Shown here: piece after piece, positions 1 through 8,862 of the stretch
Position numbering within the stretch: position 1 is the first letter of the stretch
How the letters are laid out: each line of letters begins with the position of its first letter
IMG/VR virus record: IMGVR_UViG_3300049222_000815
Span: 1-61,231 of that record
Length of the DNA: 61,231 nucleotides
Reading direction: 5' to 3' (one strand)
Source: a virus
Lineage: Duplodnaviria; Caudoviricetes
Made by a program: the position numbers and the translations under genes
Notes under the pieces: generated by a model
The model's input: only the letters and a program-made list of their open reading frames with translations
What the model was told of the DNA's origin: nothing
Database searches by the model: none

Positions 1-7
1 GTATAAA

Positions 8-484
8 TTATAACAAGACATTATTCAAAGAATTAAGATCAAAATCTATTACTTCTTCTTTAGATTCTAGCGTTGCTTTTCTTTGTTTTGATATCTCTTT
101 TTCTGAAAATCCCCAAAATGTAATTTCCCAAAGAATGTGACACAAGGCTTGAGTTAAATCTATTTTAGGATCTACAATAACATCGCCGTCAATAAGTTCA
201 GACCAAGGGACAAAATCCACACCAAACTCTTCATTAGATAATTTGTCCAATAACAAAACATCAATAAATTTTTCACCTTCAGAGCTGACTGATTTTAACA
301 CTAGATCATATTGTATAGATTTACTTTCAGGTAAATTAATTAGTGCTTGATAAACATTTAAGTAAGCTAAATCTAATTCAATAATATCGCTTTGATTGTA
401 GCTTCTATTTAAATAATAATTACTATAGATAGCATTAAAGGTTTTTTTATACGAACATTTTTGAAGTAAATCTCTAAGTTTCAT
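8..484 (-). CDS. conserved hypothetical protein (DUF6557-like)
   Basis: 158 aa ORF; C-terminal 'VDFVPWSELI...LCHILWEITFWGFSE' resembles DUF6557. Confidence 0.5.
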   Translation of the reverse strand: MKLRDLLQKCSYKKTFNAIYSNYYLNRSYNQSDIIELDLAYLNVYQALINLPESKSIQYDLVLKSVSSEGEKFIDVLLLDKLSNEEFGVDFVPWSELIDGDVIVDPKIDLTQALCHILWEITFWGFSEKEISKQRKATLESKEEVIDFDLNSLNNVLL

Positions 485-714
485 TTTGGATTATCTATAT
501 AATTATAAATTGAATCATAATGATTTTCTAATTGTTGTATATAGAAATTTTGGACAGCTATACTTTGTTTTAAATCTTCTATAGCTTGATGTTGATCCTC
601 ACAAATATTTAATAACTTTTCATTAGCTTTGTGCTTGCCGTATGATATGTATGCAAGAAGCACGCAAGACATAACTAAAACCCAAAAGATAGTTGAGTCG
701 TTATTTCGTTTCAT
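481..714 (-). CDS. small membrane-anchored coiled-coil protein
   Basis: 77 aa; N-terminal hydrophobic helix then heptads; ATGA overlap with the next gene. Confidence 0.6.
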   Translation of the reverse strand: MKRNNDSTIFWVLVMSCVLLAYISYGKHKANEKLLNICEDQHQAIEDLKQSIAVQNFYIQQLENHYDSIYNYIDNPK

Positions 715-771
715 GAAACTTTGGCATAACTACGTAAGTTACACTAAGCCTAGGCAAATTAAAAAAATATT

Positions 772-1062
772 TTACTCTTCTGATTTCTCGTTTTGCTTTT
801 CTTCCATTTCTGCGACTTGTTTTTCGAAGTCAAGCATTCTTTTTAAAATGTCTAATTTGTTTGATTCTGGCATTTTATCACCTTTGATTTGCTCTTCCGC
901 ATATTTCAATGCCTCATTTTGAACAATGCTTAGCATTTGAGGGAGTGTAGTGTTATCAAACAATTCTCTAGCATAAAATGAAATTATTTTATCTTCATTT
1001 TCTTTAGTTATTGTAGACTTTTCAGACTTTGTTGGTTTTGTGGCTTTTTTTGTTTTGCTCAT
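772..1062 (-). CDS. hypothetical protein
   Basis: 96 aa ORF co-oriented with neighbours; basic N-terminus, charged helical body. Confidence 0.65.
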   Translation of the reverse strand: MSKTKKATKPTKSEKSTITKENEDKIISFYARELFDNTTLPQMLSIVQNEALKYAEEQIKGDKMPESNKLDILKRMLDFEKQVAEMEEKQNEKSEE

Positions 1063-1089
1063 ATCATATATATGATAAAATGAATTTAT

Positions 1090-1947
1090 TTATTTTACAG
1101 TTTTTTTCTTAAGAAGATTATTTACTTTCGTGCTATTTACAAATGCGCATATTTGTTTAGATGTATATTTCTTATTGCACAATTTTGAAAGGTCACTTAA
1201 AGAATATTTATTTGGATTATTTTTTAAAGCGTTTGTTATTTTTTTTACATCTTGCTCTGAAAATGTTTTTGTGGAACGAGATGGGCCAAAAAGATAATTG
1301 ATAGCTTCATTACCTTTTTTAATTTTTGATTTATCAGAATCTTCATCATTTAATTTGATGTTGACATTTGATTTAATCAAGTCAAACATATCCAAAGATA
1401 TAGCAGAAATTGCCTGATGTGTTACTCCTGTAAGATCGCCAACTTCATCAAGCGTGCGCCCCGAAAGCATTAACTCTAAAATATTTTTGTGGTGAGGTGT
1501 TAAAAAATGGCTATAATCAAAAATCCAAGATAGAATGTTTTGAAATTTATCAGAAGAATTTAATTGTTGAAAAAAAGCATCTTCTTTGCCCATTGTGTTG
1601 CAAATAGACTCAAATACAGTTACATCTCCACCTTCAGACTTAACCACTCCATCCTGGCGAGTTGATATGTAACGCTTATCTCTGTTAGAAACTCCGTCAG
1701 CAGTCCATGCAATGTAATTTCGGGCATAACTATATGCCATTTTCTTGAAGTCATTAAAATTTTCAATTTTAGCATCTGAAGCAAAATTCTCTTGATTGAT
1801 TTTTTTTAATAAAGCAATATTTATTTCAGATATAATATCTTCACTAGACAAAACATGTTTGTCATATCGATATTTGTTAACGATTTTTAATAAATCTAAT
1901 TGAAATTCAGATAGCCAAGTATTTAGTTGATTAATTGTTATTGTCAT
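1090..1947 (-). CDS. sigma-70-like factor / HTH transcription regulator
   Basis: region-2-like 'EDIISEINIALLK...YSYARNYIAW' and region-4 HTH 'MLSGRTLDEVGDLTGVTHQAISAI'. Confidence 0.6.
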   Translation of the reverse strand: MTITINQLNTWLSEFQLDLLKIVNKYRYDKHVLSSEDIISEINIALLKKINQENFASDAKIENFNDFKKMAYSYARNYIAWTADGVSNRDKRYISTRQDGVVKSEGGDVTVFESICNTMGKEDAFFQQLNSSDKFQNILSWIFDYSHFLTPHHKNILELMLSGRTLDEVGDLTGVTHQAISAISLDMFDLIKSNVNIKLNDEDSDKSKIKKGNEAINYLFGPSRSTKTFSEQDVKKITNALKNNPNKYSLSDLSKLCNKKYTSKQICAFVNSTKVNNLLKKKTVK

Positions 1948-2797
1948 GATTTAAGTAAGATTTAATTGTACTAGTCGACATGTTTAAAATTTTTGCAATT
2001 TTTTTGCGAGGAACATTTTGTTCAATTAATTTTTTAATTTTAGGTAATGCATTAGCCATTCTTTTCTCAACAGCCTTGCGAATGCCTTCTTTCCTCATTT
2101 TTGAATTATAAGAAGTAGCGATTCTCGTAAGAGGGTATTCTTTGTTCCAATCTATTTCTGTAAATTTATTATCTAATAATTTTTTTAGAGCTTTGGGGGA
2201 TGTATATCCAAGAGCTTTCGCAGTTTTACCCCTGCTATTATTATGAAGTTTAAAATTAATAATAATTTTTTCTTTTAAAGCTTCCCTTTCTGCTCTTGGC
2301 CATTTCCTCCATTTTCCATCTTTGTAAATCATATGAGATTTTTCTTCTGCAGAGTATTTCTTGCGTTTGGGAATGTATGTATGTCCTTTTTTAAATCCAT
2401 TGTTAGGCTTTGGCCCTTGAGTAAGAGCATTAAATCTGTTAGTAAAGCCTTCTGGTCGAGGATTTTCATATCGAAATAAAACATTAACTTCATTAGGAAA
2501 CGCACTCTCTTTAATCGCCGACCAATCTTTAATACATAAAGGGTTGTCATTAATTTCTCCATCTTTGTGGAACATGTAAATCATAACTGATTTAACTTTT
2601 GATTTAGGGAAATCAGATTTTATTTTTTTCTTGAGAATTTCTTTAGCTAGTTCGCAAGATCTTGCCCGAATAACGGTTTTGTAATCTTTTTCAGATCCGT
2701 CTTCTTTTTTCTCAGTATATTGAACATTCCAATATTGATCAAATTGAAATTTTACTGATCTAAATTCTGATTGTTTGCTTTTCTTTTTTCTGCCCAT
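1931..2797 (-). CDS. multi-HTH DNA-binding protein
   Basis: Fis-like HTH 'LHNNSRGKTAKALG', C-terminal HTH 'VPRKKIAKILNMSTSTIKSYL', NUMOD-like 'GFKKGH'. Confidence 0.6.
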   Translation of the reverse strand: MGRKKKSKQSEFRSVKFQFDQYWNVQYTEKKEDGSEKDYKTVIRARSCELAKEILKKKIKSDFPKSKVKSVMIYMFHKDGEINDNPLCIKDWSAIKESAFPNEVNVLFRYENPRPEGFTNRFNALTQGPKPNNGFKKGHTYIPKRKKYSAEEKSHMIYKDGKWRKWPRAEREALKEKIIINFKLHNNSRGKTAKALGYTSPKALKKLLDNKFTEIDWNKEYPLTRIATSYNSKMRKEGIRKAVEKRMANALPKIKKLIEQNVPRKKIAKILNMSTSTIKSYLNHDNNN

Positions 2798-2800
2798 AAT

Positions 2801-2838
2801 ATGCTATGCAGTATAGCATGGGATGGGCGAAATGTCAA
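2801..2838 (-). promoter_or_regulatory. sigma70-type promoter, -10 within an inverted repeat
   Basis: TTGACA-N17-TATACT with extended TG; inverted repeat ATGCTAT-N5-ATAGCAT at 2801-2819. Confidence 0.8.
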
Positions 2839-2839
2839 G

Positions 2840-3007
2840 CTATTTCCATTTGCAATAATTTGGGTCTTGCATTCTTTTGCGTCTCATATACTCCCTTTTT
2901 TGAATGCGTCTTTTTTCTTTATTTTCTTCTTCGTATTTTTTTTGAGCTTTTTTTATAGCTTCTTTACCCTTAGGGCTTGATTGATATTTTTTTTGTCTAT
3001 CGTCCAC
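2840..3007 (-). CDS. small basic protein, 55 aa (not in ORF track)
   Basis: hand-translated GTG..TAG: MDDRQKKYQSSPKGKEAIKKAQKKYEEENKEKRRIQKREYMRRKRMQDPNYCKWK; fills the gap exactly. Confidence 0.7.
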   Translation of the reverse strand: MDDRQKKYQSSPKGKEAIKKAQKKYEEENKEKRRIQKREYMRRKRMQDPNYCKWK

Positions 3008-3038
3008 TGTGACTTAGTTTTTTGTCGAAAATTTTTTT
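2998..3038. repeat. bipartite direct repeat, copy 1
   Basis: TATCGTCCACTGTGA-N13-CGAAAATTTTTTT. Confidence 0.85.
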
Positions 3039-3051
3039 TAAAAAATCAAAT

Positions 3052-3630
3052 TTATGCAGGAAATAGAGATGCAGAATTTTGAAAAAGATGATCAATCATT
3101 GATTGAGCATAAGAATTACATAAATATAAATCAGATTCGCCAAATGTATCCCAGAATATATTATATTTAAAATAAGTTTTCATTAAATGAAGCTGTCGCC
3201 TTTCTTCGTGATTAGCTGGGCCGATTGAATCTCTCGCAACATTAACTAAGAAACCTCCATTTGATTGAATCCATTCCGCTTCATTTTTAAATCTTACATC
3301 AGTAACAAAAACATAGTATCCTTTGCTTAAATGATCCGTCACTCTATCTTGAATAGTTTTAATCCAGCAATTTTCATCTAACTTGCGTCGAATATCAGTA
3401 CCATAAGTTACTAAAAAAGGGCGAATAATTTCTTTTTCTTCGTTTTTTTCTGTGAATGCAGATATTCCAACATTATCTAATAAAAATTTATCGCACTCTT
3501 CTTTTAAAGCATCCGCAAAGGCGAAACGTACTGTTTTTTCTCCTCGATCTTCTAAAATTTTAGAGCAACTCTTATAAAGAGTATCTTTTCCTGATCTCGC
3601 AAAACCTGTTATACCTATTAATTTATTCAT
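3052..3630 (-). CDS. deoxynucleoside monophosphate kinase (T4 gp1-like)
   Basis: P-loop 'GITGFARSGKDT', 'FADALKE', 'VTDVRFKNEAEWI'. Confidence 0.85.
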   Translation of the reverse strand: MNKLIGITGFARSGKDTLYKSCSKILEDRGEKTVRFAFADALKEECDKFLLDNVGISAFTEKNEEKEIIRPFLVTYGTDIRRKLDENCWIKTIQDRVTDHLSKGYYVFVTDVRFKNEAEWIQSNGGFLVNVARDSIGPANHEERRQLHLMKTYFKYNIFWDTFGESDLYLCNSYAQSMIDHLFQNSASLFPA

Positions 3631-3636
3631 TTTAAT

Positions 3637-3852
3637 TTATTCTAATTCTATATCTGATTCAAATTCTATATTACCTTCATTAGATAATTCTTCTATTTTT
3701 TCTTGTAATGCTCCAATAATAGTAATTGTATTAATATCATATTCATCAATATATCTGTAGATTAAATTTTCTAAGTCCATTCTGAATGAATCTGTTTGCT
3801 CATCATAATCTCTTGGACCGCTAAAGTAAACTTCATCTTCTTCGTCTGCCAT
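3637..3852 (-). CDS. small acidic hypothetical protein
   Basis: 71 aa, very D/E-rich. Confidence 0.65.
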   Translation of the reverse strand: MADEEDEVYFSGPRDYDEQTDSFRMDLENLIYRYIDEYDINTITIIGALQEKIEELSNEGNIEFESDIELE

Positions 3853-3894
3853 TATACATTATAATAAATAATAAAAGTTTTTTTTCTAAAAAAA

Positions 3895-3935
3895 TATCGT
3901 CCACTGTGATTTGATTTTACTCCGAAAATTTTTTT
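3895..3935. repeat. bipartite direct repeat, copy 2
   Basis: same two blocks and same 13-nt spacer as 2998-3038. Confidence 0.85.
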
Positions 3936-3937
3936 CG

Positions 3938-4666
3938 CTAATACTTTCTTGCAATATCTAAAACTGAAGGTTTAAAATGAATACGTACAGCTCCTTCACC
4001 TCCCCAAGAATTATTTTTTGGTAGTATTTCTTCTTTTAAAATGTGTTTTTCAATTTGATTAAAATTTTTAATTGATATGTAGTTGCTATGATCTACTAAA
4101 ATATGAACATAATACTCTTTATTTTTAATTGATTGATATTCTGGATTCTTTCCACCACGTAGTGTTAATTTTTGTTCGCGAAGAAAAGAATTATTGGCTT
4201 TAATATGAATATTAATGGGAGTATTTTTGACTGTGACTTTAAGGTCAGGTCCACGAGTAATGAACCTGCCTGGCTTAGTGTAAATTTCGCGTTTATTGCT
4301 GTCAGAATTAAATTCAGGAGTAATTATATCAATTTTATAATCAGGATATAACTTTGACAGTTTTTTAGCATGTAAGGCTTCTTTTAGATAGCCATTAACT
4401 TGATTTGCTAAATAAATATGAGGACAACGTTTATTTCTATTGCCTGTGCTAACAAACAATCTATCGCATAGATTTAAAAACCTATCGTCAGGATCTTTCA
4501 ATAAAGATATACAAGCAAACCAATTATAAACCTCAATAGGTGATCGAGAATTTCGACTTTCCTTAATGTCTATGTTATCCCTAATCCATTCGCAAATATT
4601 GCATCCAAATTCTTTTTCAAATTCATCCTTAAAAGATTGAAAGTTTTCATGCACAAATTTATTCAT
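3938..4666 (-). CDS. putative PD-(D/E)XK endonuclease, possible restriction partner of the adjacent methyltransferase
   Basis: 'GPDLKV...INIHIKAN' resembles a degenerate PD..(D/E)xK; overlaps the MTase stop. Confidence 0.4.
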   Translation of the reverse strand: MNKFVHENFQSFKDEFEKEFGCNICEWIRDNIDIKESRNSRSPIEVYNWFACISLLKDPDDRFLNLCDRLFVSTGNRNKRCPHIYLANQVNGYLKEALHAKKLSKLYPDYKIDIITPEFNSDSNKREIYTKPGRFITRGPDLKVTVKNTPINIHIKANNSFLREQKLTLRGGKNPEYQSIKNKEYYVHILVDHSNYISIKNFNQIEKHILKEEILPKNNSWGGEGAVRIHFKPSVLDIARKY

Positions 4667-6005
4667 AATTAAATTCTAATTGTGTGTGGTTATTGGTTTT
4701 TTGTTTTTTTTCTTTAGGTAAAGATTCCATAATTGCAAGACAAACTTTTGGTAAAAATAATTCACCTAATACTTTTCTGATAAAACTGGGGCTATAATCA
4801 TAGCCATATTTGCCAGATGTGAATTCATATTTAATGTCGTCTTGAATTTCGTGAGCAAAGCAATCAAGAATATTTGGAGGCAAACCACATACCAAAAGGA
4901 CTTCTCTAATAGTTAATACTCTAGCATCTGAATATTTGCCATCCGAATCTTTTATTTCTCTTCCTGGATGAACATTGTTTTGGCTTGAAATTGAGCCATT
5001 CGTCATAGTAACAGTTGGAGCTGATTTTGACCAATTCATTCTTTTGTATGCCGTAGTAAAGCCATATATTTCTCTCACAAGCGAGCAGTTGGGTGGAATT
5101 TCAGCGTATAAAACAGGTTTTCCATTTTCCACTACTTGATTTATTGTGGCACGATTTTTAGATCCATCACTATTAATTATAATGGGTGGATTTTTATGCC
5201 ATCCTTTATTTCCATTTTTAATTAATTCTAATTTTGTATCACTTGAATTGTTTTCAATGATGGAGCAGGGATAGTGATCTAGCTCATTAAAATAAGCACT
5301 TTGACCTGATGGAGTATGTCTCATCCAATCTACATGCTTTGGGTTATGTTTGGAGCTGAAATGCCATTTATATTCAGAACTTTGAGCAGCCTCTAAACTA
5401 GGCAAATGGGAGATAGCTGATTCAAGACTAGCTTCTTCTTCATTGATTTCTGGAAACTTCCATGATCCGTCTGGAGATATTAAGGTAATGGAACGCCGTC
5501 TATCTTGAGGAGTGTCAAAATGTTTTCCGTTTAAAATGGATGAGTGGGATTTTAAATTTGCTGGTATGGATTTTTTAATAAACTCAGCAATTTGAATACT
5601 GCCATAATCTTTGTGATGTATGTAAGTATTAGGCATGTTAGTCACATTTTCTATTAACATGTATTTTGCTCCAACTTTATTAAAAATTTCTAAAGCATGT
5701 ATGATTAATGTATTACGCGGATCATCGCTTGCTTTGGATGCATTGGCAAGACTCATGCCTTGACATGGAGGTGTTGCTACAACGACATCAATTGGGCCAA
5801 ACTTATTACAACTTTCTATTATGCTATCTTGAGTTGAAGTTTGTGATATATCACCGCAAATCACACTCTGAGTATTGGGATGAAGTTTTTTATAAAAATT
5901 AACTCTATCTTCTAACAATTCATTAGCAACTACGACATCGAAACCTTTGTCTCTGAGATAAAACTCTCCGAAACCTACATTAGCAAATAAAGATAATATT
6001 TTCAT
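4659..6005 (-). CDS. dcm: DNA (cytosine-5)-methyltransferase
   Basis: motif I variant 'SLFANVG', motif IV 'TPPCQGMS', motif VI 'IENV', motif VIII 'PQDRRR'. Confidence 0.92.
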   Translation of the reverse strand: MKILSLFANVGFGEFYLRDKGFDVVVANELLEDRVNFYKKLHPNTQSVICGDISQTSTQDSIIESCNKFGPIDVVVATPPCQGMSLANASKASDDPRNTLIIHALEIFNKVGAKYMLIENVTNMPNTYIHHKDYGSIQIAEFIKKSIPANLKSHSSILNGKHFDTPQDRRRSITLISPDGSWKFPEINEEEASLESAISHLPSLEAAQSSEYKWHFSSKHNPKHVDWMRHTPSGQSAYFNELDHYPCSIIENNSSDTKLELIKNGNKGWHKNPPIIINSDGSKNRATINQVVENGKPVLYAEIPPNCSLVREIYGFTTAYKRMNWSKSAPTVTMTNGSISSQNNVHPGREIKDSDGKYSDARVLTIREVLLVCGLPPNILDCFAHEIQDDIKYEFTSGKYGYDYSPSFIRKVLGELFLPKVCLAIMESLPKEKKQKTNNHTQLEFNYE

Positions 6006-6014
6006 ATATAAAAA

Positions 6015-6055
6015 GAGGAGACTACTATAATAGCAGCCTCCTCCTAAAAAGTCAA
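6015..6055 (-). promoter_or_regulatory. sigma70 promoter overlapping a terminator-like hairpin
   Basis: TTGACT-N17-TATTAT; stem GAGGAGGCTGCTA-TTA-TAGTAGTCTCCTC (two G.U pairs) followed by TTTTT. Confidence 0.7.
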
Positions 6056-6078
6056 GAATAATTTCTTGATTTACATAC

Positions 6079-6318
6079 TTACTTATCCTTGCTTAACTTA
6101 GCAATCAAAGCAACAACTAATACCAATGTCACAAAAGATGTGAAATTAGCACCTGCACCAACAAATCCACCAAGTAACCCTTGGAGATTTCCAATTACAT
6201 CAACAGGAGCAGAATCTCCGAAGACAGCTTGAACTACCACAAGTAGACCAAGAACGCTTAATAATGTAGCAGCAATACCTTTTACTGCTCCAGCTATAGT
6301 TTCTAGTGTTTCTTTCAT
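6079..6318 (-). CDS. small membrane protein
   Basis: 79 aa, two hydrophobic helices. Confidence 0.7.
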   Translation of the reverse strand: MKETLETIAGAVKGIAATLLSVLGLLVVVQAVFGDSAPVDVIGNLQGLLGGFVGAGANFTSFVTLVLVVALIAKLSKDK

Positions 6319-6339
6319 ATTTATTTATATTAGGGTTAA

Positions 6340-6987
6340 TTAAAATTCGAATGTTAAGGATGTACCAAAAACAAATTCACGATCAATGTCGTCTGCATCA
6401 ACTACATCAACAGACGCAGCAAGAGTCGCTTTATCGCCAACAGACTTTGACAACTCTGTACCTGCTGAATAGTAAGTTCTATCAGTAGAAGCTGTAAGCT
6501 CTGTATTGCCAATAAGACCTCTCAAGCTAACATCTGCAACTTTAGTTTCGATGGAATGAGATAATGCACCTTCAAATGTATAAAGATCATCGTCTGTATC
6601 TCTAAATGCAGAAATAGTTGGACTACCAACCATGTCAACAGAAAGCCTTAATTCAATCTCAGATAATGCTTCGCCAGCAACATCTTCAAAATGATTAAAT
6701 CCACCATAAACAGAAAACAAATCTGATAATGATGTACCTAGTCCTGCAGCAATTTTATAGCTGTCGGAACCACCATCAATTGATTGATTGGTGCATGCAT
6801 GAAGACTGCCGTTAAGTCCAAGTACTTGAGACTCAAGGTCTACAGCAGCTTGTACTGACTCAAGGGATTTTTGAGCTCCCCTATAGAAAAAATCGGAAGC
6901 ATATCCAATCTTAGCTGAGTTTCCCGCTAATGCGGCGTTAGTAAAAAGCCCGAAGGCTACTAATAATGATGTTATGTTTATTTTCAT
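6340..6987 (-). CDS. outer-membrane beta-barrel protein (TIGR02001/Gcw_chp-like)
   Basis: signal peptide ending ALA, 'YASDFFYRG..Q' motif, amphipathic strands, C-terminal Phe (LTFEF). Confidence 0.7.
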   Translation of the reverse strand: MKINITSLLVAFGLFTNAALAGNSAKIGYASDFFYRGAQKSLESVQAAVDLESQVLGLNGSLHACTNQSIDGGSDSYKIAAGLGTSLSDLFSVYGGFNHFEDVAGEALSEIELRLSVDMVGSPTISAFRDTDDDLYTFEGALSHSIETKVADVSLRGLIGNTELTASTDRTYYSAGTELSKSVGDKATLAASVDVVDADDIDREFVFGTSLTFEF

Positions 6988-7007
6988 ATATTTATTAGGG
7001 TTAAATT

Positions 7008-7589
7008 TTATTTAATTCTTATTTCTTTCCAATTTACTAATTTAGATTTAACTTGATCTCTGATATGTCTTTGTTTTGCATTGAGTTGACTCTTGCCACT
7101 TTTAACTTCTATAAAAGTAATTTCTTCATCTCCAAATGAGATATAGTCTATAGGCTTGCCTAAAAAAGTACATTCTTCGGGGTTAAATTCAAATTGATCG
7201 AGAAATGGAGCTAATGTTTCTGCAATAGAACCGAGTCGTACTTCACTACTTTTCTTTTGCGATAAAACTTTTTTCCTGTTCTCAGTTTCTTCTTCTAATT
7301 TTTGTTGCAGATCTTCAAAATCTTTTTGTAATTGCTTTTCTCTTGATTGTAATTCAAATTTTGTTTCTTCAATGAATTTTTGCTCAACAGCAAAACTTGA
7401 ATGTAATTTATTTAAATTTTCTTGAAAATAAGTTTCTTTATTTTGAAGTTCTAATTCTTTGTTTTGTAATTTTTTGTTAAGATTCTGTATTGCAGAATCG
7501 GCGTTAAGCTTACTTTTGTTTTGATAAAAAATGTAAATTGTTAAACATATTATACACGCAACGAGTGCAATTTCAAATAAAATATTCAA
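7008..7589 (-). CDS. membrane-anchored Holliday-junction-resolvase-like endonuclease (Endonuc_Holl)
   Basis: TM helix, coiled coil, 'LGSIAETLAPF...FLGKPIDYI...FIEVKSGKSQL'. Confidence 0.82.
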   Translation of the reverse strand: MNILFEIALVACIICLTIYIFYQNKSKLNADSAIQNLNKKLQNKELELQNKETYFQENLNKLHSSFAVEQKFIEETKFELQSREKQLQKDFEDLQQKLEEETENRKKVLSQKKSSEVRLGSIAETLAPFLDQFEFNPEECTFLGKPIDYISFGDEEITFIEVKSGKSQLNAKQRHIRDQVKSKLVNWKEIRIK

Positions 7590-7591
7590 AA

Positions 7592-7837
7592 TTACTTTTT
7601 GCAGATAGAAATAATACGATCATGTCTAAATGAGCGAATTTGTTTTCTTGCAAAACAGTAAGCTTTGAATCCAACATTATTTCTTTGCATTTTTTGGTTA
7701 CCAAAAGATTGATTTAATTTAATGTTACCAATTTCATAAGTTTTAATTATATTTTTAGTATTTTTATAAACTATATAATATCGTTTGCAAAATAAACAAT
7801 TAAATTTACCTTTTATTGATTTTATAAATCTAATCAT
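7592..7837 (-). CDS. stand-alone WYL-like domain protein
   Basis: 'AYCFARKQIRSFRHDRI' matches the WYL signature R-x-F-R-x-D-R-I. Confidence 0.6.
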   Translation of the reverse strand: MIRFIKSIKGKFNCLFCKRYYIVYKNTKNIIKTYEIGNIKLNQSFGNQKMQRNNVGFKAYCFARKQIRSFRHDRIISICKK

Positions 7838-8034
7838 AATAGATCATGCTTTTCGCAAAAAGCCATACTGTATCCAGCCTTATAATGAAAATTTTGAGAG
7901 AAAAAGAACATGCATAAAATGATGTAGGGCTCCCAAGAATTGAATTCAAAATTCATAAATAATAAAAATGCAACCACAAAAAGTGGGCAAAATTTATGTA
8001 AAGTATAATTGATTATTGCGTTAGTCTGATTCAT
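7834..8034 (-). CDS. small membrane protein
   Basis: 66 aa, two hydrophobic segments. Confidence 0.6.
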   Translation of the reverse strand: MNQTNAIINYTLHKFCPLFVVAFLLFMNFEFNSWEPYIILCMFFFSQNFHYKAGYSMAFCEKHDLL

Positions 8035-8452
8035 ATTTTTTAATGTTAATGTTAGCTTTTTTTAATAATTTAATTCCATCTTTATTTTTATAATGTTTTT
8101 TGAATACTACCCTACTGATGCCTGACTGTATGATGAGCTTCGCGCAGTCAATACATGGAGCGATTGTGATATACATTGTAGCTCCAAGACTTGATTGAGT
8201 AGATTTAGATAATTTTGTGATAGCATTACTTTCTGCATGTAAAACTTCACGCTTAGTACACAACTTACCATTAGGTAGGGAGTCTTCACAGTTGTTATCG
8301 AAGCCTTTTGGAGTGCCGTTATATCCGTCAGATATAATAGATCCATTTTTGACGATAATACAGCCAACTTTCTTGCGGCGAGCATTAGAAAGTTGAGACC
8401 ATGTTTTACATATTTTAAGGTAAGCTTCATCTAATTTTGATTGAGAAGCCAT
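8021..8452 (-). CDS. dCMP deaminase
   Basis: 'GYNG', Zn motifs 'HAE' and 'PCIDC'. Confidence 0.93.
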   Translation of the reverse strand: MASQSKLDEAYLKICKTWSQLSNARRKKVGCIIVKNGSIISDGYNGTPKGFDNNCEDSLPNGKLCTKREVLHAESNAITKLSKSTQSSLGATMYITIAPCIDCAKLIIQSGISRVVFKKHYKNKDGIKLLKKANINIKKYESD

Positions 8453-8482
8453 TGTACTATAAAATAATTAAAATGTCAAGAA

Positions 8483-8692
8483 CTAATTTATATTTTCTGG
8501 CTCTGTAGTCTCTACAATAACAATACTTTTGTAGCCTGGATCTTTAAATGACTTTAATGAATCCACTAAACTGTCTGCATAAGACCTAGCTTCTTCAATA
8601 GTCCAGTAATCTTTTGGCCAAGCTCTTCTGCCATCTCTAGTGACAACATAAAAAACATCTTTTTTACTTTTTCTTCCAGTTGATTGAGTCAT
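8483..8692 (-). CDS. hypothetical protein
   Basis: track ORF 8483..8737; the ATG at 8692 is preferred because the upstream part overlaps another ORF. Confidence 0.6.
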   Translation of the reverse strand: MTQSTGRKSKKDVFYVVTRDGRRAWPKDYWTIEEARSYADSLVDSLKSFKDPGYKSIVIVETTEPENIN

Positions 8693-8825
8693 AATTATTA
8701 TTATATTTGATTTTGGCAAAAGGTCTAGGCTTGTCACCTTTACCGTTTTGCTTTAAATTTTTATAGGCAGCCACACTAGCACTATCACATTTTTTAGACG
8801 AGCAAGATTTAGCTTGTTTACTCAT
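8664..8825 (-). CDS. small phage protein with GKGDKPRP motif, 53 aa (not in ORF track)
   Basis: hand-translated MSKQAKSCSSKKCDSASVAAYKNLKQNGKGDKPRPFAKIKYNNNYDSINWKKK. Confidence 0.65.
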   Translation of the reverse strand: MSKQAKSCSSKKCDSASVAAYKNLKQNGKGDKPRPFAKIKYNNNYDSINWKKK

Positions 8826-8862
8826 AATAAATACTAATTAATAAATGTATTATAAATGCAAA

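Noticed and set aside
8451-8479. TTGACA-N17-TACAAT promoter for the dCMP deaminase gene
   Set aside because: The -10 overlaps the ATG itself, so it cannot produce a full mRNA for this gene; left uncalled
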